DNA of 63,995 nucleotides, filler included, from Ionaspis alba (Eukaryota), in NCBI GenBank assembly GCA_964255285.1. It is 5 parts of 5 records of this genome, joined end to end, with 100 filler letters (N's around TTAATTAATTAA, not from the genome) between each part and the next. Parts side by side here need not be neighbours in the genome. Positions count along the whole stretch, not along the records: positions 53,144 to 63,995 come from CAXUUL010000582.1; 4 more parts are not named here. The stretch is one strand, 5' to 3'. Below the pieces are notes generated by a model. The model did not search any database. It saw only the letters and a program-made list of their open reading frames with translations, and was not told the DNA's origin. Positions 53,144 through 63,995 of the stretch are shown here, in pieces. The stretch's first letter is position 1, and every line of letters begins with the position of its first letter. The translations under genes were made by a program, and so were the position numbers.

Positions 53144-53212
53144 GTGTTGAAGGAGGTGGATACGAGGGCGGAGAGGGAAGGGAAGCAGAGTGGAGAAAAG
53201 GTGGGGAAGTGA
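53144..53212 (+). CDS. Possible last codons of a truncated gene (VLKEVDTRAEREGKQSGEKVGK*)
   Basis: Purine-rich open frame from the scaffold start, like other gene 3' ends in this window. Too short to identify. Confidence 0.3.
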   Translation: MLKEVDTRAEREGKQSGEKVGK

Positions 53213-53619
53213 TGGAATGGTCGTTTGGTCAATATGATTGAAAAGTGAGGGAGGCTCCCGAACGATTATCCGCAAATGGTTTTGGGATTGTGATGGAACA
53301 CTCTCCGTGACTTCAAGGGCCAGTCTTGCGGCAGAACATAGAAGGAACAGCGGAAGACTCACAAAGTCGAGTGGAGATCTGATGATCGAGTTCAGGGGCA
53401 GAGAATCTTAAAGACTTCCCTTGAGCTTGATGGTGCTATTCAGAGATAGAACTCGATGACTTGGATGTTGCCAAAGGATAAACGAACGAACAAGCGCCAA
53501 GCATCAACTATCAAGAGCTTCGATGGGAAACCAATAATGTTGGTATGGGCGAGACGCGAATCTCTGGCTCCATGAGGCTGGTTACCCTCAGGCTTTGTCC
53601 ACTGCTTCTGCTCAAGAGC

Positions 53620-53733
53620 AACAATGACATTGTTCTTCGCCAGAAGAACAATCAGCCATGAACCTCTATTGTCTCTCACTGTTGAACAATGCTCATTGTC
53701 TCATCGTCTTCTGGTCCTTTCCCGCCTATAAAT
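53620..53733 (+). promoter_or_regulatory. Putative promoter: palindromic ACAAT motifs and TATA box
   Basis: AACAATG-A-CATTGTT (53620-53634), ACAATG-CT-CATTGT (53686-53699), TATAAAT at ~53727, then a CT/CA-rich leader. Confidence 0.55.
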
Positions 53734-53867
53734 ATCACTCGCTGATCATCCCGTCCTCCTCATCCGTATTCATTCTCAACATCCACTCTCAACAACTCGA
53801 ATCCACTAACGAAGGCCTCAAGCCAAGCAGACCAAGAACCACGCAAGCCTCCAACAATACCACCACC

Positions 53868-54080
53868 ATGTGCAAGTTCATCACTTACCGCGCCCGAATC
53901 TGCAACGACATCTACAAGACGATAGTTGCGACCTGCCCCAAGTCCGACGCCTCAGGCTACGTCTGCAAGGTGATGACTGATGTGACGAAAACCGGTCACA
54001 GGGACTATTGCAATCGGTGTGCACCACCCCAGCCACAGCCACAGACCAACAAGGAGAAGGTAAGCAGAAAGTCATGGTAG
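53868..54080 (+). CDS. Small Cys-rich hypothetical protein (70 aa)
   Basis: Strong context CACCACCATG, upstream TATA, six Cys (MC...C...C...C...CxxC). A possible 39-nt intron at 54060-54098 would change the C-terminus. Confidence 0.68.
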   Translation: MCKFITYRARICNDIYKTIVATCPKSDASGYVCKVMTDVTKTGHRDYCNRCAPPQPQPQTNKEKVSRKSW

Positions 54081-54373
54081 GCATAGACTAACTTCTAGCT
54101 GGAGTCTGGAGTTTGGAATTCGGACCTGATCATGAAGAGTAATGGTAGGTTTTGATAGATTGATAGTTGGAGTTAGGCGTTAGGGTCTGATTAATTGAAA
54201 CTTTGTCCTTGGGAATCACTTGTACGGAATCCGAGAACTGTGACTTCGCCNNNNNNNNNNNNNNNNNNNNNNNNNNNNNNNNNNNNNNNNNNNNNNNNNN
54301 NNNNNNNNNNNNNNNNNNNNNNNNNNNNNNNNNNNNNNNNNNNNNNNNNNAGTTCCTTGGCTTGAAATCTCAC

Positions 54374-55028
54374 GTCTATGAACTTTTCCAAGTCTTTGTC
54401 CAAATTGGCCAAATCATCCTTCCGCTTCTTATTGTCGGCAATGAGCCCTTGCTTCTTCTTCAGCAGACCTTGTCTGGCCTGTTCGAGAGCTTCTCTTTCA
54501 GCATATTCATGGTTGATACGAGCCACCATTAGAGCATTCTCGTCGTCAGCGTTGTGCTCGGGATGTTGTTGAAGGAAATGTTCCACGGGGATGAGAGGGA
54601 GCTGCTGGTATTTATGGCTGTAAATATAGGTCAACAATAATCTGAGAACAAACAAGTATTTCAAAGCCTTACTCGTAGGACTCGCATGCAGAAATCTCTC
54701 CTTGGAGATGCCTTTGCTCGTAGTACAAATTCTGTAGCTGAAGATGTAGGCGATCGATTTCCGATCTCGCCTCTGCAGTCGTGGACTTTGTTTGTCGCAC
54801 AGAAAGTATAGCATTGCGTTTGGAGCCTCTCAATTGAGCGAGGTACGCGTTCATCAACTTCTGTTGTTTCGATAGCTCTAGCTGGATATCGTATGATGGA
54901 TCCTCAGAAGCTCTGACCGCGTTGGCTTCGCCCAGGTCGAGGAGGGCTATGCATTGTTGGCGGGTTTGTGTGGAGATGTCCAGGACGGAGCGCAGGAAAG
55001 GGTCTGTCACGATTTCTTTACTGTTCAT
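54374..55028 (-). CDS. THO complex subunit 5-like (Fms-interacting protein); last exon lost in gap
   Basis: Exons 55028-54673 and 54617-54374. TAEARSEIDRLHLQLQNLYYEQRHLQGEISACESYDHKY..LPLIPVEHF...LMVARINHEYAER. Confidence 0.88.
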
Positions 55029-55528
55029 CGTAGATAGCTTCAATCAATCTTTCAACGATCAACTTCTGAGAGTGGTAAGCTGTGGTACTTCCTTCACATG
55101 TCGAGCAGTGGTGGAAAGAAAACCGGCTGTCTCAAAGGGACCCGATTGGCCGGCTAGTGGTCCGAGCTTTGTGCTAGGGGCGATGCCGAATTCAGGGTTC
55201 TAGATCTTAGGCGCATCGGCGTCATTGTCGCTCTGGGGATTCGTCTGCTCAGCAGCCACTGCTCATTGCACGTGTTGGCCGTTGTTGGTGGCCGAGGTGG
55301 TCAGCAACCATATTGTGGTAAACACTTCTTCTACACCTCTACATCAGTATATCCATACTCGAGATACCTTCCGCGGTGTGCCATTATTCACAGACTTCGG
55401 AGCCGCTCCCGAATTCTATTCCCCGCCACCGACACGCCATACCTATTTTCCCAACAGGACCGTTCTCTCGAATAACAACCCCACTCTTTACCTCCATGCG
55501 ACGACTCCCTCCCTCACCTCTTCACCTC

Positions 55529-57054
55529 ATGGCATGCACGTCCATCATGTCCATTGAGAGCCCTTCTGCCACTACATCTTCAGGACAAAGCACTGGTATT
55601 TCCTCAGATGGACCGCCGACGTTATCTAGGAGGCGGCACTCTTCGTATCATCCATTGCGAAAGCATTCCCACGATTTAGATGCAGATGCAATATTCATCA
55701 AGGTATATCGTTCTTCCATCTCACTACCACCATGATCGTTAACTTCTTTAAGGTTGATCTATTCCTCACCGAACTTGAGCGGCGACTAGACCGACTGGAA
55801 AAATATGGAAATCTACAGCTGGACGCCGGAATAAATCGTGCTTACTCGACGCTGGAAACAGTACGAGAAGCTTGCTCACATGTCTCTGGAGAATTGATAG
55901 ACGCCGGTCGAAGGCGAGCGAGAGTGCTCGTTGATGTTCTGGAAACCCGTTATAACGACGTTATTGCCACACGGGAGACTCTGGAGTCCAAAGCACAAGC
56001 TGGAATGCGTTTAATGGAAGGTTTTCTCTCTGATGTCGAACATCGTGCCCACTCTCTTCGCGGTGGAGGATTCACGGCTGCCATGGACGAAGGGTGGCGA
56101 AGAGCTGAGGAAGGGTTGAAGAGTGCCAAAGAGGCTGTTGATGATACATTCGAGAGAGCGAAAGAAACACTCACTGAAAAAATTGAATACGCGATAGAGA
56201 GGGCGCAGAAGCACGGTCTCATTAGATACGAGGATCTTCCGACTCCATGGCGCGTTAACCCTCATATCCTCAGAGGTTATCGCTTTTCCGAGACCAAAGT
56301 CGATTGTGTCCGCTCAATTTTCACTCTTTCCAACGAATCTTTCAATATATGGTCCCACGCTGTTGGTTTGATAGTTATGCTGTCGATAGCATTCTATTTC
56401 TATCCAACTTCGGTCAATTTCACACTCTCTTCGAAGACCGACGTTTTCTTCGCCGCCATGTTCTTCTTCGCTGCTTGCAAATGCCTTGTCTGCAGCTGCA
56501 TGTGGCATACCATGAACAGCATTGCAAATCAGACTCTGATGGAACGCTTCGCTTGTGTGGACTACACTGGAATATCCTTACTGATCGCCGCCTCGATTAT
56601 GACGACCGAATATACCGCCTTTTATTGCGAACCTATCAGTCGCTGGGCATATATAGTTACAACAGCACTTCTCGGCGTCGGAGGAGTTATCTTACCGTGG
56701 CACCCATTTTTCAATCGTGCGGACATGTCTTGGGCTCGAGTGGCATTTTATGTTACGCTCGGCGCTACCGGCTTCGCTCCGGTGATACAATTGAACCTCA
56801 CGAGAGGTTCCCAATGGTCATATTTCTTTTACGCTCCACTGATGAAGAGTATCGCCGTGTACCTGATTGGCGCAGTCATCTATGCCCTCAAGTTACCAGA
56901 GAAGCTAGTCCCTGGCTGGTTCGACTACTTCGGTGGAAGCCATAACATCTGGCATGCTTCGGTACTCGGTGGCATATTGTTTCACTACTCAGCGATGGAA
57001 ACATTCTTTTCTGGTGCGTTCGAGAGAGCAGAGCAACAGTGTTCATACTATTAG
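55529..57054 (+). CDS. PAQR/HlyIII-family membrane protein, Izh3-like
   Basis: Exons 55529-55702 and 55753-57054. PWRVNPHILRGYRF, NESFNIWSH, SCMWHTM, CVDYTGI, PGWFDYFGGSHNIWH. Confidence 0.93.
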
Positions 57055-58526
57055 AAGCGTACCTAGGGAGGGGCATTGCTTCGTTTGCTTAGAACCATCA
57101 GCGCAAGTGCTGACTGTTGGTATCATGTTTGAGCGTTGCNNNNNNNNNNNNNNNNNNNNNNNNNNNNNNNNNNNNNNNNNNNNNNNNNNNNNNNNNNNNN
57201 NNNNNNNNNNNNNNNNNNNNNNNNNNNNNNNNNNNNNNNGCAGTCGAGCGTATTGACTGGGAGCAAGACTGCCCAACGGCATGCCCAATGCTGGGTAACG
57301 TGAGACTTCTAAGAGCCCTTAGTCCATGTGTTTTGCGAGGATCGACAGTCCTAATTTCCACATCAGTGCTCTGATGGCAAGCTCTGTCATTGCGTCCCGT
57401 CAACATCGGGGCATGGGATAACCTGGCACATTGGGTTCTGATCTACATAATTTTCAGAAGCTTCTCGCAGCTTTGCTTGTCCGAAGTGGCTCTCTTGCTG
57501 CGCATAGGAAGCATCTTTCCCATGTTGGCCCACGAACGCTGACGACAATTATATGCCAAAAGTCTTGGCATGTGACCGCATTCTATCCCCCCACCGCCAA
57601 TGCGGATGCCGCGTGGAGAGCGATTGTATGGACAGATCATGCCAGCCATACTGCCTACCGTACATACATTATTCCTTGGAGAGAAGTTGACACTGTCCCC
57701 TACCCTCCTTGATGACGCCCTGAAATAACGGGGCGACACACGGTACCTAGTCGGTAAATTGAGATACGACTAACATTGTCCATTCGGGCTTACCCGTCCA
57801 TTGTGCATTTCTTGATCCTGCTCCAATGACGAAGGAGCCTTCTCAGAGAGCGTGCCTCCCCACGGATCTTTTGATGCCGATTCAATCGTGCTATCCGTGA
57901 ACTTCTACTGCACTTGACCGACCCATACCAAGCTGCCTCCATGGATGAAGTGGTTCCAATCACCGTCCATATCAGTGCTCGGTATGAAGCGGTTCCACTT
58001 CATTGGCTTGTCATGCGTCACAAGGTTTCTATCGAAGTCGACCGCCGCGGGCATTGCTTTTGGGAAAACCCTGGTCACTCATGCAGTCATTGGTACGCCC
58101 CGTTCCTGAAGTCTTGGACTCGCGGCTTTGCAGGTATCAGCCGCTGGTGGACGGTTTGTCTCTTGCCCCGCCGACGTACTTGCGTCTCTCACCATCTAGG
58201 GATCGTCCAAAGCCAATTCCCACCAGCCTCCTATGATCGTCCTAAATCATTTCTATACTCGGTGCTTATGATGTCTTGTGATCCGTGAGACCCGTGTGGT
58301 CGGGCGTCAAGATCTCCTTCCAACATGGCTGAGTACACGAATACCAGCTTTCTGGAACCCTTCACTCCTTTCCAACTTTCAATCGTATTTTGGCAACAAG
58401 AACATCGGGCGGCCTTCTTCTCTTCTCTCGCGTTATGCTGTTACACATTTTCCTTCGCACTCTATATATCGAGCAGATTTTTCAACCTTCTTCATGACTC
58501 TCTATCTACTTCCCTGCTCTCCAATC

Positions 58527-59791
58527 ATGTCTCACCCAGGGGACTACCCGTCAGGCCACGGGACCAGAGAACGGTCATCTTTCATACCAACCAGTGGCTC
58601 AGAGGCCCGGAGCTTCCCTCGAAGGTTGCCACTTCTCGTCCATGTGATGCGTCGCCATGAGCGACCGTGTTTCTGCGGCTACTGATGTTGGTACAGTTCA
58701 GCTCATCCGGATGATATGCCTGTCATGCTTGGACCATCTAGAGACACTCAACCAGAACGATATCCCGTGATGCCGAGGTGTGCATCCCATGATTCAGCTG
58801 ATCGTGCGAGCACTCACTAATCACATTCAGTCCTTTTCAACCACCAGCCAATCCACGTCGTGGGGAGATTACCGGTCCTTTCAATCCTCCTACATATGAC
58901 CCTCGATCCAATTATCCCTCCCAGGGAATGACGAATCCCTACGACCCTAGAGCCCGTCAACAAGACCGTCCTATCAATGCTTTCCGACCGCCATCTAACC
59001 AGATGGCTGGTTCCAGCACTATGAGCCTTCCAGGGCTCGGATCATTTCGAGCCCCTGCTTTGGACAAAAGCCAAATGGATAATGAACCCAGAGTGCGCTC
59101 GTCTCCTGAGAGTTACGTATGGGAAGACGATTCTCCGATCCCATGGGCCGAAGGCGACCACCTTGGTGAGAACCAATCTCCGGGGTCGAGCAGTGGACCA
59201 CGAGTCCATGGTAGGGTCCACTCTCAGAGGCGCCCGTCCAACCGAGACGAGTTCGATGGACCCCACCAATTCCTGGACAGACCAACCATGGAAACCATTG
59301 CTGCCCAGGAGAAGGAACTCCCTCACTTGCCAACAAACTTATACGTCAATGAACAAGATGAGATCTTGTCACTTGTGAATGATCGTCTTTCTAAATGCGC
59401 TTTTGATTTCATTGCTAAATATCAATTTCCTATCCCCTTGGAGTCCGATAAACGGCCGGTCAGGATTCCAGCGGACCGCGAGTGGACCGAGTGGGTCTAC
59501 CTGCTGAAGAGATTGGCAACCAAGAGACGAGTTCCCGCTCGTGTTCTATATAATGGGCAGATCAAGCAGTTCGTCACCGTCTTGGAAAACTCCTTGGAAA
59601 TGCGTCATGCTGCCAAGCACCAGTCAAGGCCACTCAAGGATGATCGTAATGTTCTCCAGTTGATATCTGCCGGGCTACAAGTGGCGCGAATCCTCAAAGA
59701 TGCTTCCGCAATGGAGTTTCTGGATCATCTATACGTCCAAACGGAGAGGAAAATTCAGTCCAGGCAAGGCAGTTCCGGCCTTCGCGTTTGA
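58527..59791 (+). CDS. Conserved fungal hypothetical protein
   Basis: Exons 58527-58624, 58697-58777, 58831-59791 splice in frame. Ordered C-terminal block VNDRLSKCAFDFIAKYQFPIP...DREWTEWVYLLKRLATKRRVPARVLYNGQIKQ. Confidence 0.85.
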
Positions 59792-62293
59792 TGCTTGTCC
59801 AACGTCCAAACTAAGAATGACATCCGTGGCAAAGATACGATACATGGACTTTACAGGATCCAGCACACCAGGAAGGTCTCTGAGAGGTGTTATTGCCACG
59901 GGTTATGGACCACTTCTTCCCGGTGCGCAATGCCGTTAGAGGCCGAGGCTTTGTTTATCCACACCCACTACATTCCTTATGTTCAATAGCAAACTCATGA
60001 CAGAGAGGATCGAGAAAGTTCTCTTCCTGTCACCAGGTGGATTTCACAAGCTAAGGGCAAGTTTGTTATTGGGGAAGTAGCGCTGGATAAGGCAACATTT
60101 GACCGTCTTTCACGATTTTCAGGATATCTACTTCCTTTCTCCTTGGACCCTTGTACTGCCAATCCATTGTTCCAAGCAACGATACACTCAAGTAAGGAAT
60201 AGCTCAAAACTATTGACATGTGTCGTGTTCTGAATGGAAGGATAGTGGAGGCTCAAAGTAAGATCGGATCCAGCTAGTTGTGACATCCACACTCTGCCAA
60301 GCCATTTATACAAAGCGCACGGATTGGTTGAAGTCGTCGGCTCAGCGGCTCACATTTGTCGGATTTCCCATCTGACTACGAATCTCTATTATCAGCCCGC
60401 GGCTTTCTATCTTAAGCTCCAAGGCTGTACTCAGACTCTAAGCTTTGCGTTTCGACCGAGAGAGGAGGTCAACGAGGTTTAGGGCAAGGTGTGCCAAGGC
60501 TGAGACGCCCGACCGCTTTGCGTCGGAAGGCGGAGGTGTGTGCGAAATGCACGTTCATGTACGCCCAGTGTACTCATACGCTCAACGGGAAAAGCATAAG
60601 ATATTATACGCGACCTGCATACAAGTAACTGTTAGATTGAAAACAGCGAAACGTCGATGATTGGGCTGAGCGGCTCTGAAGGCTACTATAAAGAGTCTCG
60701 AATTCTGGGTGACGCGTATATCAAGCTTGGCTTGGATTGAAGGGCGATATTTTCGGGCAACCTTGTACATCTCTAATCAATCATGTCTTTGCATTTTTCA
60801 GTGTGGAGGAAGGAACAAAAACAAGACTTACCTTGTGCACTAAGAGTCAGCGTATCGTCGTCGGGGTCCTTGTATAGCAACATGGCTGAAGCAGGCTGAC
60901 CATTCGCCATCTGCTCTCGCACGTTGGCACAAGCATCACAAAGCCCAGTAATATTTGCGGTCTAGTCAGACCGGAGAACGACGGGAATAGGTTCTCATAT
61001 TGCCCGGAAAGTACATGTATAAAACCGTTCGCGCCGGATACAGATTTATGGAATCCTTAGCCAATCCCACCATGCTATCTAGCTGAAGGATGCTACAAGG
61101 GAGCAGAATTCCAGCACAGTGGGCGCTAGAAGGAGGGGAAACATGGATGGGATGAGTCGACAAGAGAGACTCAGCCGCAATCGTGGTCCAGTAAAAGAAA
61201 GATCAAAACGTAGAGGGCAGGCAAAGCACTATATTTGCCTAAGTCGCGCGAGAAATGGAGCGAAAATGCGGAGCAATCTACACCCTCTTTTTCCAATCCG
61301 TCTACTGCTGGCGGCTGGGTATTTTGTTTCCTGGAGCATATAAACCGTCGTGATCTGTGCCTCCAGCAGCAAGCATTCTTCGCAACAGCATCAGATCCTT
61401 CTAAATCGTACCTGAATCGTATCTCCGGCTCTTCAATAGCTTCAGCTCCAACTACCGACGTCCTCCTGCCCCTTTGTCCACTGTTTCAAAACAAGGTCGG
61501 TGGCCATGCTGCTTCTTTCGCCGTGCCTTAGACCGTAGGAGCGAGTGATACTGACAGCATTAGGTTCCTCCGGGAAGCTTGTCCTCGTTCAGGCCACAGG
61601 TCGAATCAGCGGCCACGGACAAGGGACGATCTTGTGGTGAATCGTCTGCAAGGTGGAGGCACCAAATCATTGGCTGCTACAGACTTCTTGGTTGCAGCGC
61701 AGACCACCTCCTTGTCCCCTTCCTCCCACCTGATCGCCGACTGTCAGCCAGTCAAAAGCCACCCAAAGATCCCTGTTCGCAGTTGGTCTTTTTCCCTCGT
61801 GGCTCCCTTTCATCTTTTCCCACCTTCGGGTCATCATCCTTGCCCACCTTATTCCTGTCCCAGCCCCAGTCAGGCATAACGCGTCCGCTGCTCTTGCCGC
61901 CGTTAAGAGAACAGCTCTAAGGATCTTTTTGCGTTTGAGAAAGTGTCGTCTCAGCGACTCGTGTGCTGTCCAGGCGGGACACACTTCTCACCTACGCGCC
62001 GGGCGGGTGTATACCTTACATAGCTGCTTGCAGGCTTAGGCTAACACGCTGAGCTGGTCTCATAGCGAGTAATCTTCTCAGGTATGCGCCCTCGCTCCTC
62101 CTTCCCTTCCTCGACCTTGGCTCTTACCCTCTTCCCCATATAAGCACTTACGCTCCCTTCCGTCCATCTCCCTTTTGGTCGTCGCTGCCCTCAGGCTGAT
62201 CCTCCGCCCGTAGGTCTCGCCCTTCGAGTCGTTCATTTGGCATCAATAGTCTTTCGTTTGGGAGGTCCATCTATCAATCTCAAGTCCGCAGCC

Positions 62294-62956
62294 ATGCCTT
62301 CAGCATCTCCCACCGCGAGGCCGACCTTACCTACGCTAATAACACCTCATTCAGCCGGGCCTATCCTACCCTCAGAGCTCCCTCGAAGCCCTATTCCTGG
62401 GTGGATGGACCTGATCAAACAGGAAGACGACATGAAGACTCCCATCACTCCTCCAACGGCCTATACGGACTTCCTCAAAGCCCTGTCACCCGCCATCTCG
62501 ACCCCTTCCTCCAGTACCACAGCCAGCTTCTCTGACAAGTCCGGCAAACTGACACCAATCTCGCAACCCTCAAGCGCGGGCAGCCACTGCTCCTGCAAAT
62601 GTGACTCTCGAAAGAACTCCGCAGTCTCTGCTCCTCTGGTCCCTCCTTCGCCTTTCGTTCGTCCTCAGCTTACTCGCAACCCCTCTGCTCGCACTCCTAC
62701 ATCCCTGAGGAGACTACGAATCCCGCAATCGCCATCGTGGTCTCCGGCGACCGACTCTCCGAAGAGCAGCGCCATCCGATCTCCATTTTCTCCTGCCGAC
62801 TGGGTTCTCGAGGGCAAGACCCGTTACTTCGAACCACCTCGATCAGGCGCTCACCGTGCGGCGGTGAGTGTTCGTCAAGTCGTTACGAGGACTGTCACAT
62901 ATACGCGCACACCGCTCGAGCCAGCACCGAAGGGGAAGAGGAGAAAGATAGAGTGA
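62294..62956 (+). CDS. Ser/Thr-Pro-rich hypothetical protein (220 aa) with C-terminal NLS-like KGKRRK
   Basis: GCAGCCATG start. MKTPITPPTAYTDFLKALSP and SVRQVVTRTVTY..TPLEPAPKGKRRK blocks recalled from conserved Pezizomycotina hypotheticals. Confidence 0.8.
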   Translation: MPSASPTARPTLPTLITPHSAGPILPSELPRSPIPGWMDLIKQEDDMKTPITPPTAYTDFLKALSPAISTPSSSTTASFSDKSGKLTPISQPSSAGSHCSCKCDSRKNSAVSAPLVPPSPFVRPQLTRNPSARTPTSLRRLRIPQSPSWSPATDSPKSSAIRSPFSPADWVLEGKTRYFEPPRSGAHRAAVSVRQVVTRTVTYTRTPLEPAPKGKRRKIE

Positions 62957-63995
62957 TCTACCAACAACCTTTGGAAATCGAGGTTCTATCTTACCGGAAC
63001 ATACACTCGAATATATTCTCTACACATACTTGTCTCATCTCCAATTGTCCATCTTGGATGTCACACTCCCTTAAACCACGCTCGATCTTTACACACCACC
63101 AGTCTCGCCATCCTCAAATCACCTTTTTCTCGAGGTGAAATGGGCTTGCTCGGCAATCATGTCAGCGTAAGCAGGAACTAATGACCGTCACGATCCTTTT
63201 TCCCCGGGTAGAAAGCAAGAAGTCGAATTTACAGGCGTCAGGAAAGGGCAGGGAGAGGGATAGGGGAAAGCCCCGTCAGCAAGTCGGGAACCTTTGTTTT
63301 CAGGATATCAAACCACTCGCGCTATCTATGTTTTTGTTGTCTTTTTTCGCAGGAGCTGGGTGTTCGGGCAACGACTCAGTGAGGAGAACTTTACGACTGG
63401 AAGGGAAGCGATGATCGCAGTTGGTTTTGCTTTCCTGGTATGGATCGTGCTCTTGAGAGGGATATACCACTGTGTCGCGTAGCGTTTAACAACGTCTATA
63501 GCAGGCGAATCGTTCACCAAGCCATCATTATCCGCCGTTGCTGTGTAGACAAGTTCCAAAATCCTTCCCCAACCCAAATCCTGCTCCTCTGGCTCCAGCA
63601 CCCACGAAGCCGGTCCGCCAGCCAGCGGGCCAGCAAGCAAACGTAAACAAGACCGCATTAACGACCGCCGCACAGCACACACACAACGTGCGTTGGACAA
63701 TCCCTCCGCCCCCAACATAAAAGCAGCGAGCAACAAGGCACAACCAGGCCAAAGGTCACCCAGTCCTCTGGGAAAAGTAAGCGCCCTGAAACCAAGCACA
63801 AGGGCATTTCGATGCTTGCAATCCCTTACCCTAGACCCCCAGAATAGCAACGGCTAATGTAAGCGCCGGCCTACTGAGCCAATAATCGTCTCTCGGTGGG
63901 TTGGATCTCTTGCGTGCATGAATTCATGCACACCGGATGAGCATGGGGGGACGGGCGTGAAGATTCGCCCTTGTTTCGGCGCTTAGAGCCCCCCC

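Noticed and set aside
61980..62100. Possible TPP riboswitch in 5' UTR introns
   Set aside because: It lacks the CTGAGA and GATCTGGATAATACCAGCG-type core, and the downstream gene is not thiamine related.

Overview
Eukaryotic, intron-containing DNA from a filamentous ascomycete (Pezizomycotina-type genes, GT-AG introns with CTRAY branch sites). The window is not one contiguous locus. It is five scaffolds joined by artificial 100-nt linkers (N44-TTAATTAATTAA-N44) in descending size order (>=13255, 13187, 13162, 13139 bp, then a fifth cut by the window end), and it has six further internal 100-N gaps. Most genes are housekeeping: RTC4-like, HAP3/hapC, prefoldin 2, CMC2, UTP23 (partial), PWP2, PRP45, a CID-domain protein, a DUF4748-like protein, SSL2/XPB, a HypA/questin-oxidase-like enzyme, SUR1-like GT32 (partial), actin, FES1, DER1, THOC5 and an IZH3-like PAQR, plus several conserved hypotheticals. 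The most unusual items are: (i) a 367-nt hapC intron that is fully open in frame with the next exon and could encode an alternative N-terminus for the NF-YB histone fold; (ii) a large secreted protein with a bacterial-style beta-propeller, three Ig-like repeats and WSC domains; (iii) a decaying, divergently arranged ERG26-like dehydrogenase and cytochrome P450 pair next to a MITE-like element; (iv) a degenerate tandem copy of an F-box-like gene; (v) a small Cys-rich gene with clustered palindromic ACAAT motifs; (vi) a long, intron-rich, AUG-poor 5' leader. No tRNA, rRNA or CRISPR array was recognised. All calls come from reading the sequence and recalled family motifs; no database search was run.
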